Source: Halioglobus sp.
GTDB lineage: Bacteria > Pseudomonadota > Gammaproteobacteria > Pseudomonadales > Halieaceae
Direction of reading: 5' to 3'
Assembly (NCBI GenBank): GCA_002699145.1
Contig: PABK01000036.1
Span: 13,598-77,597, forward strand
Length of the DNA stretch: 64,000 nt
Part shown: positions 22,117 through 30,850 of the stretch, piece after piece
Layout of the letters: each line of letters opens with the position of its first letter
How positions within the stretch are numbered: position 1 is the first letter of the stretch
The notes under the pieces: generated by a model
The model's database searches: none
Told to the model about the DNA's origin: nothing
Seen by the model: only the letters and a program-made list of their open reading frames with translations
Program-made: the position numbers and the translations under genes

Positions 22117-23001
22117 ATGCGTATCCTGTTGTTCCTGGGCACCAACCTGGCGGTGATGATCCTGGCTGGCGTCATTTTCAACCTGCTCGGCCTGCAGGGC
22201 ATTCTCGCCGCCAACGGGGTGGACCTGAACCTCACCGGGCTGCTGGTGTACTGTGGCCTGTTCGGTTTCGGCGGCGCCTTCGTCTCGCTGTTCCTGTCGA
22301 AGTGGATGGCGAAGCGCTCCACCGGCACCCATATCATCGAGCAGCCGCGCAACCGCGAGGAGCAGTGGCTGCTGGACACCGTCGGGGAGCTGGCCCAGGA
22401 AGCCGGTATCGGCATGCCCGAGGTCGGCATCTTCCCCTCGCAGGCGTCCAACGCCTTCGCCACCGGCTGGAATCGCAACGCCGCGCTGGTCGCGGTCAGC
22501 TCAGGCCTGCTGCAGCGCTTCCGCCCGGAAGAGGTGCGCGCGGTCATGGCCCACGAGATCGGCCACGTCGCCAACGGCGACATGGTGACCCTCACCCTGA
22601 TCCAGGGCGTGCTCAATACCTTCGTCCTGTTCCTGGCGCGCGTCATCGGGCATACGGTTGACCGGGTGGTGTTCAAGAACGAACGCGGCTTCGGTATCGG
22701 CGCCTTCGCTGTCACCATGGTGGCGCAGGTCGTGCTGGGCCTGCTGGCCAGCATGATCGTGGCCTGGTTCTCGCGCTGGCGCGAATACCGCGCGGACCAT
22801 GCGGGAGCCACACTGACGCAGCCGGCGCACATGGTGGCCGCCCTGCAGCGGCTGCAGATGGAGCAGAACCAGCCCCAGGACCTGCCCGACGAACTGACCG
22901 CCTTCGGCATCAGCGAAAAGCTGAAACAGGGCATCGGCGCGCTGATGGCCACCCACCCGCCGCTGGACGAGCGCATCCGCGCCCTGCAGGCGGCGGCCTG
23001 A
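22117..23001 (+). CDS. htpX: Membrane zinc protease HtpX
   Basis: [24 protein letters not shown] zinc motif, [25 protein letters not shown]. Confidence 0.97.
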   Translation: MRILLFLGTNLAVMILAGVIFNLLGLQGILAANGVDLNLTGLLVYCGLFGFGGAFVSLFLSKWMAKRSTGTHIIEQPRNREEQWLLDTVGELAQEAGIGMPEVGIFPSQASNAFATGWNRNAALVAVSSGLLQRFRPEEVRAVMAHEIGHVANGDMVTLTLIQGVLNTFVLFLARVIGHTVDRVVFKNERGFGIGAFAVTMVAQVVLGLLASMIVAWFSRWREYRADHAGATLTQPAHMVAALQRLQMEQNQPQDLPDELTAFGISEKLKQGIGALMATHPPLDERIRALQAAA

Positions 23002-23020
23002 GTGCGCCGCGCCCGCTCGT

Positions 23021-24361
23021 TCAGGGCGCGGCCAACAGGTTGTCCAGTTCCCCGGGGTCCGCCACCAGGTCATAGCTCGCCCGGTCGCCGGGCCCCGCCG
23101 CCGACAGGTCGTAGTCGATCGTCTTGATGCCGCCCTGCACCGTGGCGCGCCCGCCCTCCAGGTAGATTTCCACGGCGCGGTCCGCGCTGGCCTCGCGCAG
23201 CGGCAGGCCCTCGAAGCCCGCGAACGGCGGCAGCCCCGCGAGGTCCAGCACCGTGGGCGCCAGGTCCAGCAGGCTCACCGGGTGCGTGACATCTGCAACC
23301 GGGTAGGCGGGATTGCCCGGCGCACTCACCAGCAGGGGCACCCTGACCGCGGGTTCCCAGAACGTGCTCTTCTGCCAGTGGAATTTTTCGCCCAGGTGAA
23401 AACCGTGGTCCGACCACAGGATGATGTCGGTGTTGGCCGCGTGCGCGCTCTCGGCCAGCGCCGCCAGCACCTGGCCGAGCATCGCGTCGGTGTGGGTGAG
23501 CGCCGCCAGGTAGGCGCGGGTGTACGCCGCCGCCATGCCCGCCCGGTCAACCGCCTCGTACTGTGGGGCCAGGCCGTAAAGCAGGGGTTTCATGGCGAGC
23601 GTCACCGCCTGCGCCGGCTCGTCATCCAGGTCGCCGGCGGGCGGGCGGTGCACCCTGACCTCCTCCCCGCGGTAGAGGTCGTAGGCCCACTGGGGCACCC
23701 GCCAGGGCAGGTGCGGCTGGTAAAAGCCCACGGCGAGAAAAAACGGCCGCGCCGCGTCGTAGCGCTGGAGAAATCCACGCGCCCAGGACGCGACGACCTG
23801 GTCCGGGTGGGCCGCACCCGGCGCCAGCACCCCATGGTTGATATTGGTACCGTCCGGTCCCGGCCCACTGGCGTCGGGCAGCCTGCTGATAATGACCGCC
23901 GGACCCTGCTCGTCCCAGCGTGCAGGCTCGGGACTGTGGAACACCTTGCCGCTGCCGGCCGTGTAGTAACCCTGCCGCGCGAGCACCTCGGGCAGGGAGA
24001 CGGTTGCAGGATCGCGGTAGATCTCGCGGTAACGGCCGTCAAGGATCGCCATGCGGTCGACGCGGTGCGTGGCCGGGCTCTGCCCAAGCAGCACCGTGGT
24101 GCGCGAACCGGCGCATAACGGTACCGCGGCGTAGGCGTTCAGGTAGCGCGTGGAGCGGGCCGCCAGGGCGTCGATATTGGGTGTGTGCAACGTGCCGGGG
24201 TAGTCGCCGGCATAGCCGGTCCAGTTGCGCAAATCGTCGATGGCGATAAACAGGATATTGCGCTGCGCCCCGGGTGCCGCCGCCTGTGCGCCGGCCTGGG
24301 CGCAGAGCAGCAGGCAGAAAAGAAAGAGCAGGCTGTAGGGGAAATGGTGCCGAAGCAGAAC
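23021..24361 (-). CDS. Exported sulfatase-family hydrolase (iduronate-2-sulfatase-like); start codon apparently non-canonical
   Basis: NILFIAIDDLR, CAGSR, GYYTAGSGKVFH, QPHLPW, SDHG, EKFHWQK; the frame extends upstream of the ORF-track TTG (24232) through a signal peptide to GTT/CTG behind GGGAGG. Confidence 0.85.
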   Translation of the reverse strand, partial: VLLRHHFPYSLLFLFCLLLCAQAGAQAAAPGAQRNILFIAIDDLRNWTGYAGDYPGTLHTPNIDALAARSTRYLNAYAAVPLCAGSRTTVLLGQSPATHRVDRMAILDGRYREIYRDPATVSLPEVLARQGYYTAGSGKVFHSPEPARWDEQGPAVIISRLPDASGPGPDGTNINHGVLAPGAAHPDQVVASWARGFLQRYDAARPFFLAVGFYQPHLPWRVPQWAYDLYRGEEVRVHRPPAGDLDDEPAQAVTLAMKPLLYGLAPQYEAVDRAGMAAAYTRAYLAALTHTDAMLGQVLAALAESAHAANTDIILWSDHGFHLGEKFHWQKSTFWEPAVRVPLLVSAPGNPAYPVADVTHPVSLLDLAPTVLDLAGLPPFAGFEGLPLREASADRAVEIYLEGGRATVQGGIKTIDYDLSAAGPGDRASYDLVADPGELDNLLAAP

Positions 24362-24388
24362 GTTTTCCCTCCCTGGAAAGTCCTCGTA

Positions 24389-25099
24389 TTACAATGCCTT
24401 GAACAGGTACTCGCTCATCGGGATGACGTCGATACGCGCCAGGTCGATAAAGCGCTCGCAGCTCTGGAACATCGCGGTGGCGTGCTCACGCAGGACTTCG
24501 TCGTCGCCGCCGCTGGCGTAGAAAGCGTGGTCGTCCTGCATCGCCTCGGGCGGAAAGTTCTCCTCGACGATCGCGTGACAGGGGCGCGTATCCTCACCCA
24601 GGGCGCGCACCACCAGGTTCTGACGATAGCCGAAGGTCGACTGCGTGTCGATGGCGACACGCGTGTGGCTATCCTTCCACAGCGCCAGCCACTGCTCCCG
24701 TTCCAGACCCGCGGGCGGATCCATGAACACCACGTGGCACATGCCGTACACGCGCTCGCCGGGGGCGCTGGGGTGGGCCTGCTGGTTTACCAGCGGCTCG
24801 GCCTCCGCCACCAGGTAACAGGTCCGGCGGCTGACCGCCGCGTCGATGGCAGGCTCCCAGCGCGCACAGTCACCGGCGCTGTCCACCCACAGGGACAGCA
24901 CGGCGTCCGGCAGCGGCGGGTTGTTCTCCATGCGCCGGCCCGCGGCGGGCTCGACGGCGCTGTCGGCCACGCACAGGCGCAGGCCGTGGATGTCGTCGCG
25001 CGCGGCCAGTTGCGGGCAGAGACCGGCCAGCAGGGCATCGCGAAAGGCGTCCACCTGCTGCGCGGCGGGTCGCCAGAGTGGGTACAGCAGTTTTTCCAT
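24389..25099 (-). CDS. EthD-like dimeric alpha-beta barrel protein
   Basis: Two-repeat architecture, WKDSHTRVAIDTQSTFGYRQNLVVR, IVEENFP. Confidence 0.75.
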   Translation of the reverse strand: MEKLLYPLWRPAAQQVDAFRDALLAGLCPQLAARDDIHGLRLCVADSAVEPAAGRRMENNPPLPDAVLSLWVDSAGDCARWEPAIDAAVSRRTCYLVAEAEPLVNQQAHPSAPGERVYGMCHVVFMDPPAGLEREQWLALWKDSHTRVAIDTQSTFGYRQNLVVRALGEDTRPCHAIVEENFPPEAMQDDHAFYASGGDDEVLREHATAMFQSCERFIDLARIDVIPMSEYLFKAL

Positions 25100-25117
25100 G
25101 TCGCCCCGCCCCCCCTG

Positions 25118-25891
25118 TTACTGGATGCCCACCGGCGGGGTGATGGTCGCGGCGTTGTCTATGACCATCTCCGCGCCGTTGATGAAGCGCGATTCCTCCG
25201 AGGCCAGGAACAATACCAGGTTGGCGACGTCCTCCGGCTCACACATATTGGTGAACTCCCCGAGCTTGTCGATCTGCTCCTGGGAGGCGCTGTCCTGGCC
25301 CGTGGCCACCTTCACCACCATGGGGGTCTTCACGCCGTCCGGGTGGATGGAATTGCAGCGCACGCCGTTTTTCTGTTCCTTGCAGTACATCGCCACGCTC
25401 TTGGTCAGCGCGCGCACCGCGCCCTTGCTCGCACTGTAGGCGGCGACAAAGGACTGGCCATGCAGGGCGGCGACCGAGGACATGTTGACAATGGAGCCGC
25501 CGCCTGAGGCCGCCATGGCCGGGATGGCGTGCTTGCAGCCGAGGAACACGCCGTCGCTGTTCACCCCGTTGACCCTGCGCCAGGTGTCCAGGTCGGTGTC
25601 GACCACACTGCCCAGGGCAATCATGCCGGCGTTGTTGACCAGGATGTCGAGCTGGCCGAAGCGCTCCACGGTCTGCGCCACCACCGCCGCCCAGTTCTGC
25701 TCGTCGCTGACGTCCAGGCGCATGAACACGGCGGCGTCGCCGATACCTTCGGCCACCGCCTGGCCATCCGCCTCGTTCAGGTCCGCCACCACCACCCTGG
25801 CGCCCTGCGCCGCGAGCAGCTGCGCATCGGCCCTGCCCATACCACTGGCGCCACCGGTAACGATCGCCACCTTGCCCTCAACCCTGCCCAT
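25118..25891 (-). CDS. Short-chain dehydrogenase (3alpha,20beta-HSD/FabG-like)
   Basis: TGGASGMG, NNAG, NMSS, YSASK, CNSIHPDG. Confidence 0.93.
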   Translation of the reverse strand: MGRVEGKVAIVTGGASGMGRADAQLLAAQGARVVVADLNEADGQAVAEGIGDAAVFMRLDVSDEQNWAAVVAQTVERFGQLDILVNNAGMIALGSVVDTDLDTWRRVNGVNSDGVFLGCKHAIPAMAASGGGSIVNMSSVAALHGQSFVAAYSASKGAVRALTKSVAMYCKEQKNGVRCNSIHPDGVKTPMVVKVATGQDSASQEQIDKLGEFTNMCEPEDVANLVLFLASEESRFINGAEMVIDNAATITPPVGIQ

Positions 25892-26101
25892 CGACACTCT
25901 CCTCACTCGTGCAAGCGCAAACGCCGGCGCGCCCGGGGCGCACCGGCCGACTGCGCGCCAGTTAAACAGAAGCCCCGGGGCATCTCAATCCGGCGCCGGC
26001 CAAACGCGCCGCGGGGCTGGCCAGTTGAACCGCTGCCGGGCCTCGCCAGCGGCCGCCGCCGGTAGTATTCTGGGCGCCCTGGAAAGTGGGGGGCAATCGC
26101 C

Positions 26102-26830
26102 ATGAACACACAAGACAAGCTGCCCGGCCTGATCACCTGGGCGGGCTATTTCGCCATCACCCTGTTGCTCATCCTGCCGTTGTCGGTGCTCACCGTGCGC
26201 TCGGGCGCCTGGCAGCAGGGCCTGCTGCTGTACGCCCTTGCCTGTCTCGGCAGCGTGGTACTGCTGATCCTTTTCGTGGTGCAGCTGATGCTGCCGCGGC
26301 TGTCGCGCTGGCGCCCCCAGGTGCGCCGCCGCGCACTGCTCACGCTGCCGGGCACCCTGGCGCTGATGTCGCTGACCCTGGGCGGCGGCGATTACCCGGC
26401 CATCCACGACATCACCACGGATACCGACGACCCGCCGCGCTTCGTCACCGCGGCCGAGGTGCGCGGCGAGGGCAGCAACTCCCTGGACATCGCCCCAGGG
26501 AAGTTCGACGCACAACGCGCGGCCTACCCGGACCTGCAGACACTGCGCACGGACATGAGTATCGACGACGCCTACACGCGGGCGCTGGAGGTGGCCGCCG
26601 CACTGGGCTGGGATATCTACCACCAGGACCGTGCCGCGGGCGTCATCGAAGCGGTGGATACAACACGCATCATGGCCTTCAAGGACGACGTGGTCATCCG
26701 CGTGCGCGGCAACGCCGCGGGCGCCTACCTGGACCTGCGCTCGGTGTCCCGGGTGGGCCGCGGCGATATCGGCGCCAACGCCAGGCGTATCCGCACCTTC
26801 GTCGACGCCTTCGCGGCGCGGGGCGCCTGA
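26102..26830 (+). CDS. DUF1499-family membrane protein
   Basis: Three TM segments, IHDITTD..DPP, IEAVDTT..MAFKDDVVIRV, DLRSVSRVGRGDIGANARRI. Confidence 0.88.
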   Translation: MNTQDKLPGLITWAGYFAITLLLILPLSVLTVRSGAWQQGLLLYALACLGSVVLLILFVVQLMLPRLSRWRPQVRRRALLTLPGTLALMSLTLGGGDYPAIHDITTDTDDPPRFVTAAEVRGEGSNSLDIAPGKFDAQRAAYPDLQTLRTDMSIDDAYTRALEVAAALGWDIYHQDRAAGVIEAVDTTRIMAFKDDVVIRVRGNAAGAYLDLRSVSRVGRGDIGANARRIRTFVDAFAARGA

Positions 26831-26831
26831 G

Positions 26832-27902
26832 GTGGCCCTGGGCCTGCGCGCGGCGGGCGTCGCCCTGCTGTCCCTGCTGTGCGGCGTACTGCTCGCGGCG
26901 CGCGCCGGGGCGGAGGTCGACTACCTCAGTTTCGCCACCGAGGACGAGGCCAATACCACCGAGGTCTTTGGCAAGGCCAGCCCCGCGGTCGTCTACGTCA
27001 CCAACACCGCGCTGCGGCGCAGCCTGTTCAGCCTGGACGTGCGCGAGATCCCGCGCGGCAGCGGCACCGGCTTCGTGTGGAACGAGCAGGGGCTGATCGT
27101 CACCAACTACCACGTCATCGCCGGCGCCCATCGCCTCACCGTGACCCTCGCCGACCGCAGCGTGCACGACGCCGAGATCATCGGCGTGGCGCCGGAGAAG
27201 GACCTGGCGGTGTTGCGCATCGAGGACCCGCCCGACGACCTGGCCACCCTGCCCCTGGGCGACTCGTCGGAGCTCACGGTCGGGCGCAAGGTGCTGGCCA
27301 TCGGCAACCCCTTCGGCCTCGACACCACACTGACCACGGGGGTGGTCAGCGCGCTGGGACGCGAGATACAGGCGCCCTCGAACCGGCGCATCCGCGGCGT
27401 CATCCAGACCGATGCCGCTATCAACCCCGGTAACTCCGGGGGGCCGCTGCTCAATTCACTGGGCCAGTTGATCGGCGTGAACACCGCCATCTACAGCCCC
27501 TCGGGGGCCAGCGCCGGCATCGGCTTCGCCATCCCGGTGAACACGGTGAAGGAAGTGGTGCCGCAGTTGATCAGCTACGGCCGCATGCTGCGCCCGATCA
27601 TCGGCGTGGAACTGGCCAGCGACCGCTGGGTGCGACGCTACCGCATCGAGGGCGTGCCGGTGGTACAGGTCTACCCCGGCCTGCCCGCCGCCGAGGCGGG
27701 CATGAGCGGGGCCTGGCGCAATGCGCGCGGCGAGGTGGTGCTGGGCGACATTATCACGGCCATCGACGGCAGGCCGATTCGCTCACAGGACGATTACTTC
27801 AGCGCGCTGGAAGCGCACAAACCCGGCGACGAGGTGACCATCGAGACACGGCTGGGCGAGCGCGAGCGCTCCTACCGGGTCAGGCTGATCGAGTCACAGT
27901 AG
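26832..27902 (+). CDS. S1C (HtrA/DegP-like) serine protease with PDZ domain
   Basis: GSGTGF, VTNYHV (His), DLAVL (Asp), TDAAINPGNSGGPL (Ser), C-terminal PDZ; GTG start at 26832 is uncertain. Confidence 0.92.
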   Translation: MALGLRAAGVALLSLLCGVLLAARAGAEVDYLSFATEDEANTTEVFGKASPAVVYVTNTALRRSLFSLDVREIPRGSGTGFVWNEQGLIVTNYHVIAGAHRLTVTLADRSVHDAEIIGVAPEKDLAVLRIEDPPDDLATLPLGDSSELTVGRKVLAIGNPFGLDTTLTTGVVSALGREIQAPSNRRIRGVIQTDAAINPGNSGGPLLNSLGQLIGVNTAIYSPSGASAGIGFAIPVNTVKEVVPQLISYGRMLRPIIGVELASDRWVRRYRIEGVPVVQVYPGLPAAEAGMSGAWRNARGEVVLGDIITAIDGRPIRSQDDYFSALEAHKPGDEVTIETRLGERERSYRVRLIESQ

Positions 27903-27936
27903 CCACGGGCCAGGCCACAGCGGGCCCGGCGCGAAC

Positions 27937-30465
27937 TCAGGAGACGGCGCCCAGGCTGGGTCGCGCCACCGAGGAATCCATCTCCCAGTTGCGCATGGCG
28001 TAGGCCATCACGCCCATGGGCTTGCCCAGGTCAACGCGACAGACCTCGTTGGGATCCTTCACGGTAAGGGTGGCCGGGCCGAATTCGGAGAGACTGGGCA
28101 CGTGCTTTTCCCAGTCGCCCTTGTGGCCCCCTTCCCTGGCGGCAAAGATCAGGTTCTGCCACGCCGCGAAGTCGTGTTCGAGTTGCAGCACTTCCGGGAA
28201 GCGCCGCGCCGGGGCAGGCAGGTGCGCCAGTTGCACGGCCAGCGTGGTGCGCAGCGCGGAGTCGTCGGCGATGGACAGCTTGTCCACCAGGAAACGTCGC
28301 ACCTCGTTGATGAACAGGCCCCAGGAGCCGGGCGGCGCCATGTTCTGCTCGAGCGTCTTCAGCGTGGTGGCGACAAACGGCCAGTTCTCCGGGTCGCGCA
28401 GCGCCTCGCGACGCAGCGCGTCGTAGAAGGCGACCTCGCCCATGCCGGTCACACTGCGCACGAAACGGCCGACGTAACGCAGTACCCCCCAGTTGTCGAA
28501 CAGGTTGAAGGCGACGCGCAATTCGTTCATGTCGTCCCACTCCTGCCGCGTGTAGCTGGCGGTTTCCTGGACGATGTCACCGGGGCGCGCAACGATGCCG
28601 TACTTTTTCCGGTACTCCGGATCGTTCATGGGGCTGTTGGTGAGCAACAGCGTGGGGTTGGCGCGTACACGCACGTCGCGGTCGGTACATTCCTGCAGGT
28701 CGTTGAAGAAACTGCGCGGCGTCGAACCCGGCAGCCCCATCATGATATCGGCCGCCAGTGGCAGGTGCGCCTGGCGGAACTCGGTGGTCAGGTCGTTGTA
28801 CTTGTCCAGCTTGATGTTGGAGCGATCGATGACCTTCAGGGTGGTCTCGTCCATGGACTGCAGCGATACCACACCCTCGGTCAGGATCTCCACGTCGGCG
28901 AGGATCTCGATGATCTTGCGCAGGTGCTTGACATTGTTCTTGGCGTAGTTGGTGGCGACCGTCTTGGGATAGCCGTAGGTGCGCTTCATCTCGGCGATTT
29001 TCTCGGCGATGGAGACATCGCGCTCGAGCATGCCGAAGTTCGCGTCGGCGAAGGACGCCGTCTGGATCTTGTTCTTCGCACACCACTCGATCTCCGCGAA
29101 CACGCGGTCGATATCGAAGCGGCGCACCCGCGACAGGGTCGCCGAGCCCCAGTCGCAGAAGGTACAACCGAAGGGACAGCCGCGGTTCGACTCGAGGATC
29201 GCCCCGGCCCGACTGGCGCCGAAGGGATCGAACATGCCGGTGAGATACGGCGAGGGAATAGTGTTGAGATCGGCAATGCGGTCGCGGTTGCCGGTGCGCA
29301 CCACACCCTGGCCACTGCGGTAGATGACGCCCTCGACATCCCGCAGCCGCTCCAGGTCGCCCAGGTTGTCCGGGTCCAGGGCCTTGAGCACTTCCGCGAA
29401 AGTGAGTTCGCCCTCACCCTTCACGGTGATATCGACATGGGGATTGTCGGCGAAGAACTCGTCGGAGTCCCTGTCGTATTTCGGTGTGCTCGGCCCGCCG
29501 TGAATGGTGATGCTGGCGGGGCTGACGGCCTTGATGGCGGCGGACAGCCGGAGGTTCTCCTCCACCGTCCACAGGTAGTTGGAAAAGAGGAATATACCGG
29601 GGCGTGCAGCGCGCTCGATGAGTCGCGCCTCGTCCGCCAGGAACAGCGGTACGAAACTGTACTTGTCCAGCAGTGCGCCACCTTCGTATTCCATGGCGTA
29701 GGCCATGACAAAGCCCAGCCCTGCAGGAGTGGTGTTGGCGCTGACGTTGACCGGCACGACCTCGGTGCGTTTGGCGTCGCCCTGCTGCTCGTCGTGCTCG
29801 GCAACCCGCTCGTCGACACTCGCCTGTACCATGGCGCGCCGGTCGTACGGGTCAACCACCGGCGTCTCGGCGACATCCTCGCGGTACGCCTCGGGCGGCG
29901 CGGGCAGCAGTGCCCCGGCGCCGACCAGGCGCGACAGCAGCGCATCGAAGGCATCGCGCGCAAGGCGCTCGCCGGGGATATTCTCGACATAGCGCGCCCA
30001 GGCCTCGTCGGCGGTCGCCGGCCTGCAGAACTGCACGGCGGCATGCGTCTCGGCGAGGCTGAGCACGGCCAGCAGTTCACCACCGTGGCTGTACCACAGG
30101 TAGTGGCCTGCGCTGGCCATCACGCTGGTGGGCGTGGGCAGGTACAGGGCCTCGTCACCCACCTGCGCCGCACTGGTTGGCGGCGCGTCCACCGGCTGCG
30201 GCGCGGCGCCGCTACACAGGTAACCCGCGGCCTCGAGCCCCTCGATAAAGCGCATGACCCGGTTGTGCGGCGCATCGAAGCGGGCGCTGATAGCCTCGGC
30301 CAGCTCCGCGTTGCTGCCGCTGTAGCCGGCGCAGAACTCATCGATGATCGCCAGTCGCTCGGGCAACGGCCGCCTGATGTGCTTGGGCAACTGCGGCAGG
30401 CTGACCTTGCCGTGTGCCGCCAGGGTCAGGAGAAATCCAGGAATGAGGTATCGGGTGGCCGTCAT
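27937..30465 (-). CDS. Cobalamin-binding (class B) radical SAM protein with ~200-aa N-terminal extension
   Basis: FSNYLW...IHGGPS...ITVKGEGE B12-binding domain, ESNRGCPFGCTFCDWG CxxxCxxC, ADANFG, SLQSMD, MMGLPG; SD AAGGA. Confidence 0.92.
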   Translation of the reverse strand: MTATRYLIPGFLLTLAAHGKVSLPQLPKHIRRPLPERLAIIDEFCAGYSGSNAELAEAISARFDAPHNRVMRFIEGLEAAGYLCSGAAPQPVDAPPTSAAQVGDEALYLPTPTSVMASAGHYLWYSHGGELLAVLSLAETHAAVQFCRPATADEAWARYVENIPGERLARDAFDALLSRLVGAGALLPAPPEAYREDVAETPVVDPYDRRAMVQASVDERVAEHDEQQGDAKRTEVVPVNVSANTTPAGLGFVMAYAMEYEGGALLDKYSFVPLFLADEARLIERAARPGIFLFSNYLWTVEENLRLSAAIKAVSPASITIHGGPSTPKYDRDSDEFFADNPHVDITVKGEGELTFAEVLKALDPDNLGDLERLRDVEGVIYRSGQGVVRTGNRDRIADLNTIPSPYLTGMFDPFGASRAGAILESNRGCPFGCTFCDWGSATLSRVRRFDIDRVFAEIEWCAKNKIQTASFADANFGMLERDVSIAEKIAEMKRTYGYPKTVATNYAKNNVKHLRKIIEILADVEILTEGVVSLQSMDETTLKVIDRSNIKLDKYNDLTTEFRQAHLPLAADIMMGLPGSTPRSFFNDLQECTDRDVRVRANPTLLLTNSPMNDPEYRKKYGIVARPGDIVQETASYTRQEWDDMNELRVAFNLFDNWGVLRYVGRFVRSVTGMGEVAFYDALRREALRDPENWPFVATTLKTLEQNMAPPGSWGLFINEVRRFLVDKLSIADDSALRTTLAVQLAHLPAPARRFPEVLQLEHDFAAWQNLIFAAREGGHKGDWEKHVPSLSEFGPATLTVKDPNEVCRVDLGKPMGVMAYAMRNWEMDSSVARPSLGAVS

Positions 30466-30850
30466 GGTCGGGTTCCTTGGGCCGCGGTTGCCAGGGCGCG
30501 CGCCACCGGCCCGTCGGCCGCTGCGGTCGCCGCGTACTCTGCCGCTGCGCTAAAAATTATGCTCATATCAATACCGGAGATGCCGGGCAATGGCAAATGG
30601 ACGGCTCGCAATTATAAGCACCTTTCTTATCCATCGGGTATCTCGTTCGCGCCGCGCTGCGCCACGGCGCAACCCGGGCGCGGGGTCCCGTGGCGCTCCA
30701 GTATAAAAGAATGCCGTTGAAAAGCAGCAACCTGTCCTGTGATGGGTTGCACAGTTTGGGGGGATTTGGCCGCGCCGGCAAAGACCACCAAACCAGTGCG
30801 GTTACTGCTGCGTTACCGGCGCCGCGCCGGTGCGGCACGGGCTCACCTGC

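Noticed and set aside
27937-30465. Radical SAM protein as an anaerobic sulfatase maturase for the flanking sulfatases
   Set aside because: anSMEs have an N-terminal CxxxCxxC and a C-terminal Cys-rich SPASM domain; this protein has a B12-binding domain and no SPASM motif.
28102-30720. 872-aa plus-strand ORF; likewise 56409-58811 and 8330-9343
   Set aside because: Antisense to well-supported genes (radical SAM, bamA, DUF3604); low-complexity H/V/D/A-rich translation.
30466-30850. Small ORFs upstream of the radical SAM gene as RiPP precursors
   Set aside because: No SD, no leader motif (NHLP, Nif11, double-glycine) and no gene-like codon pattern; the region looks like promoter DNA.
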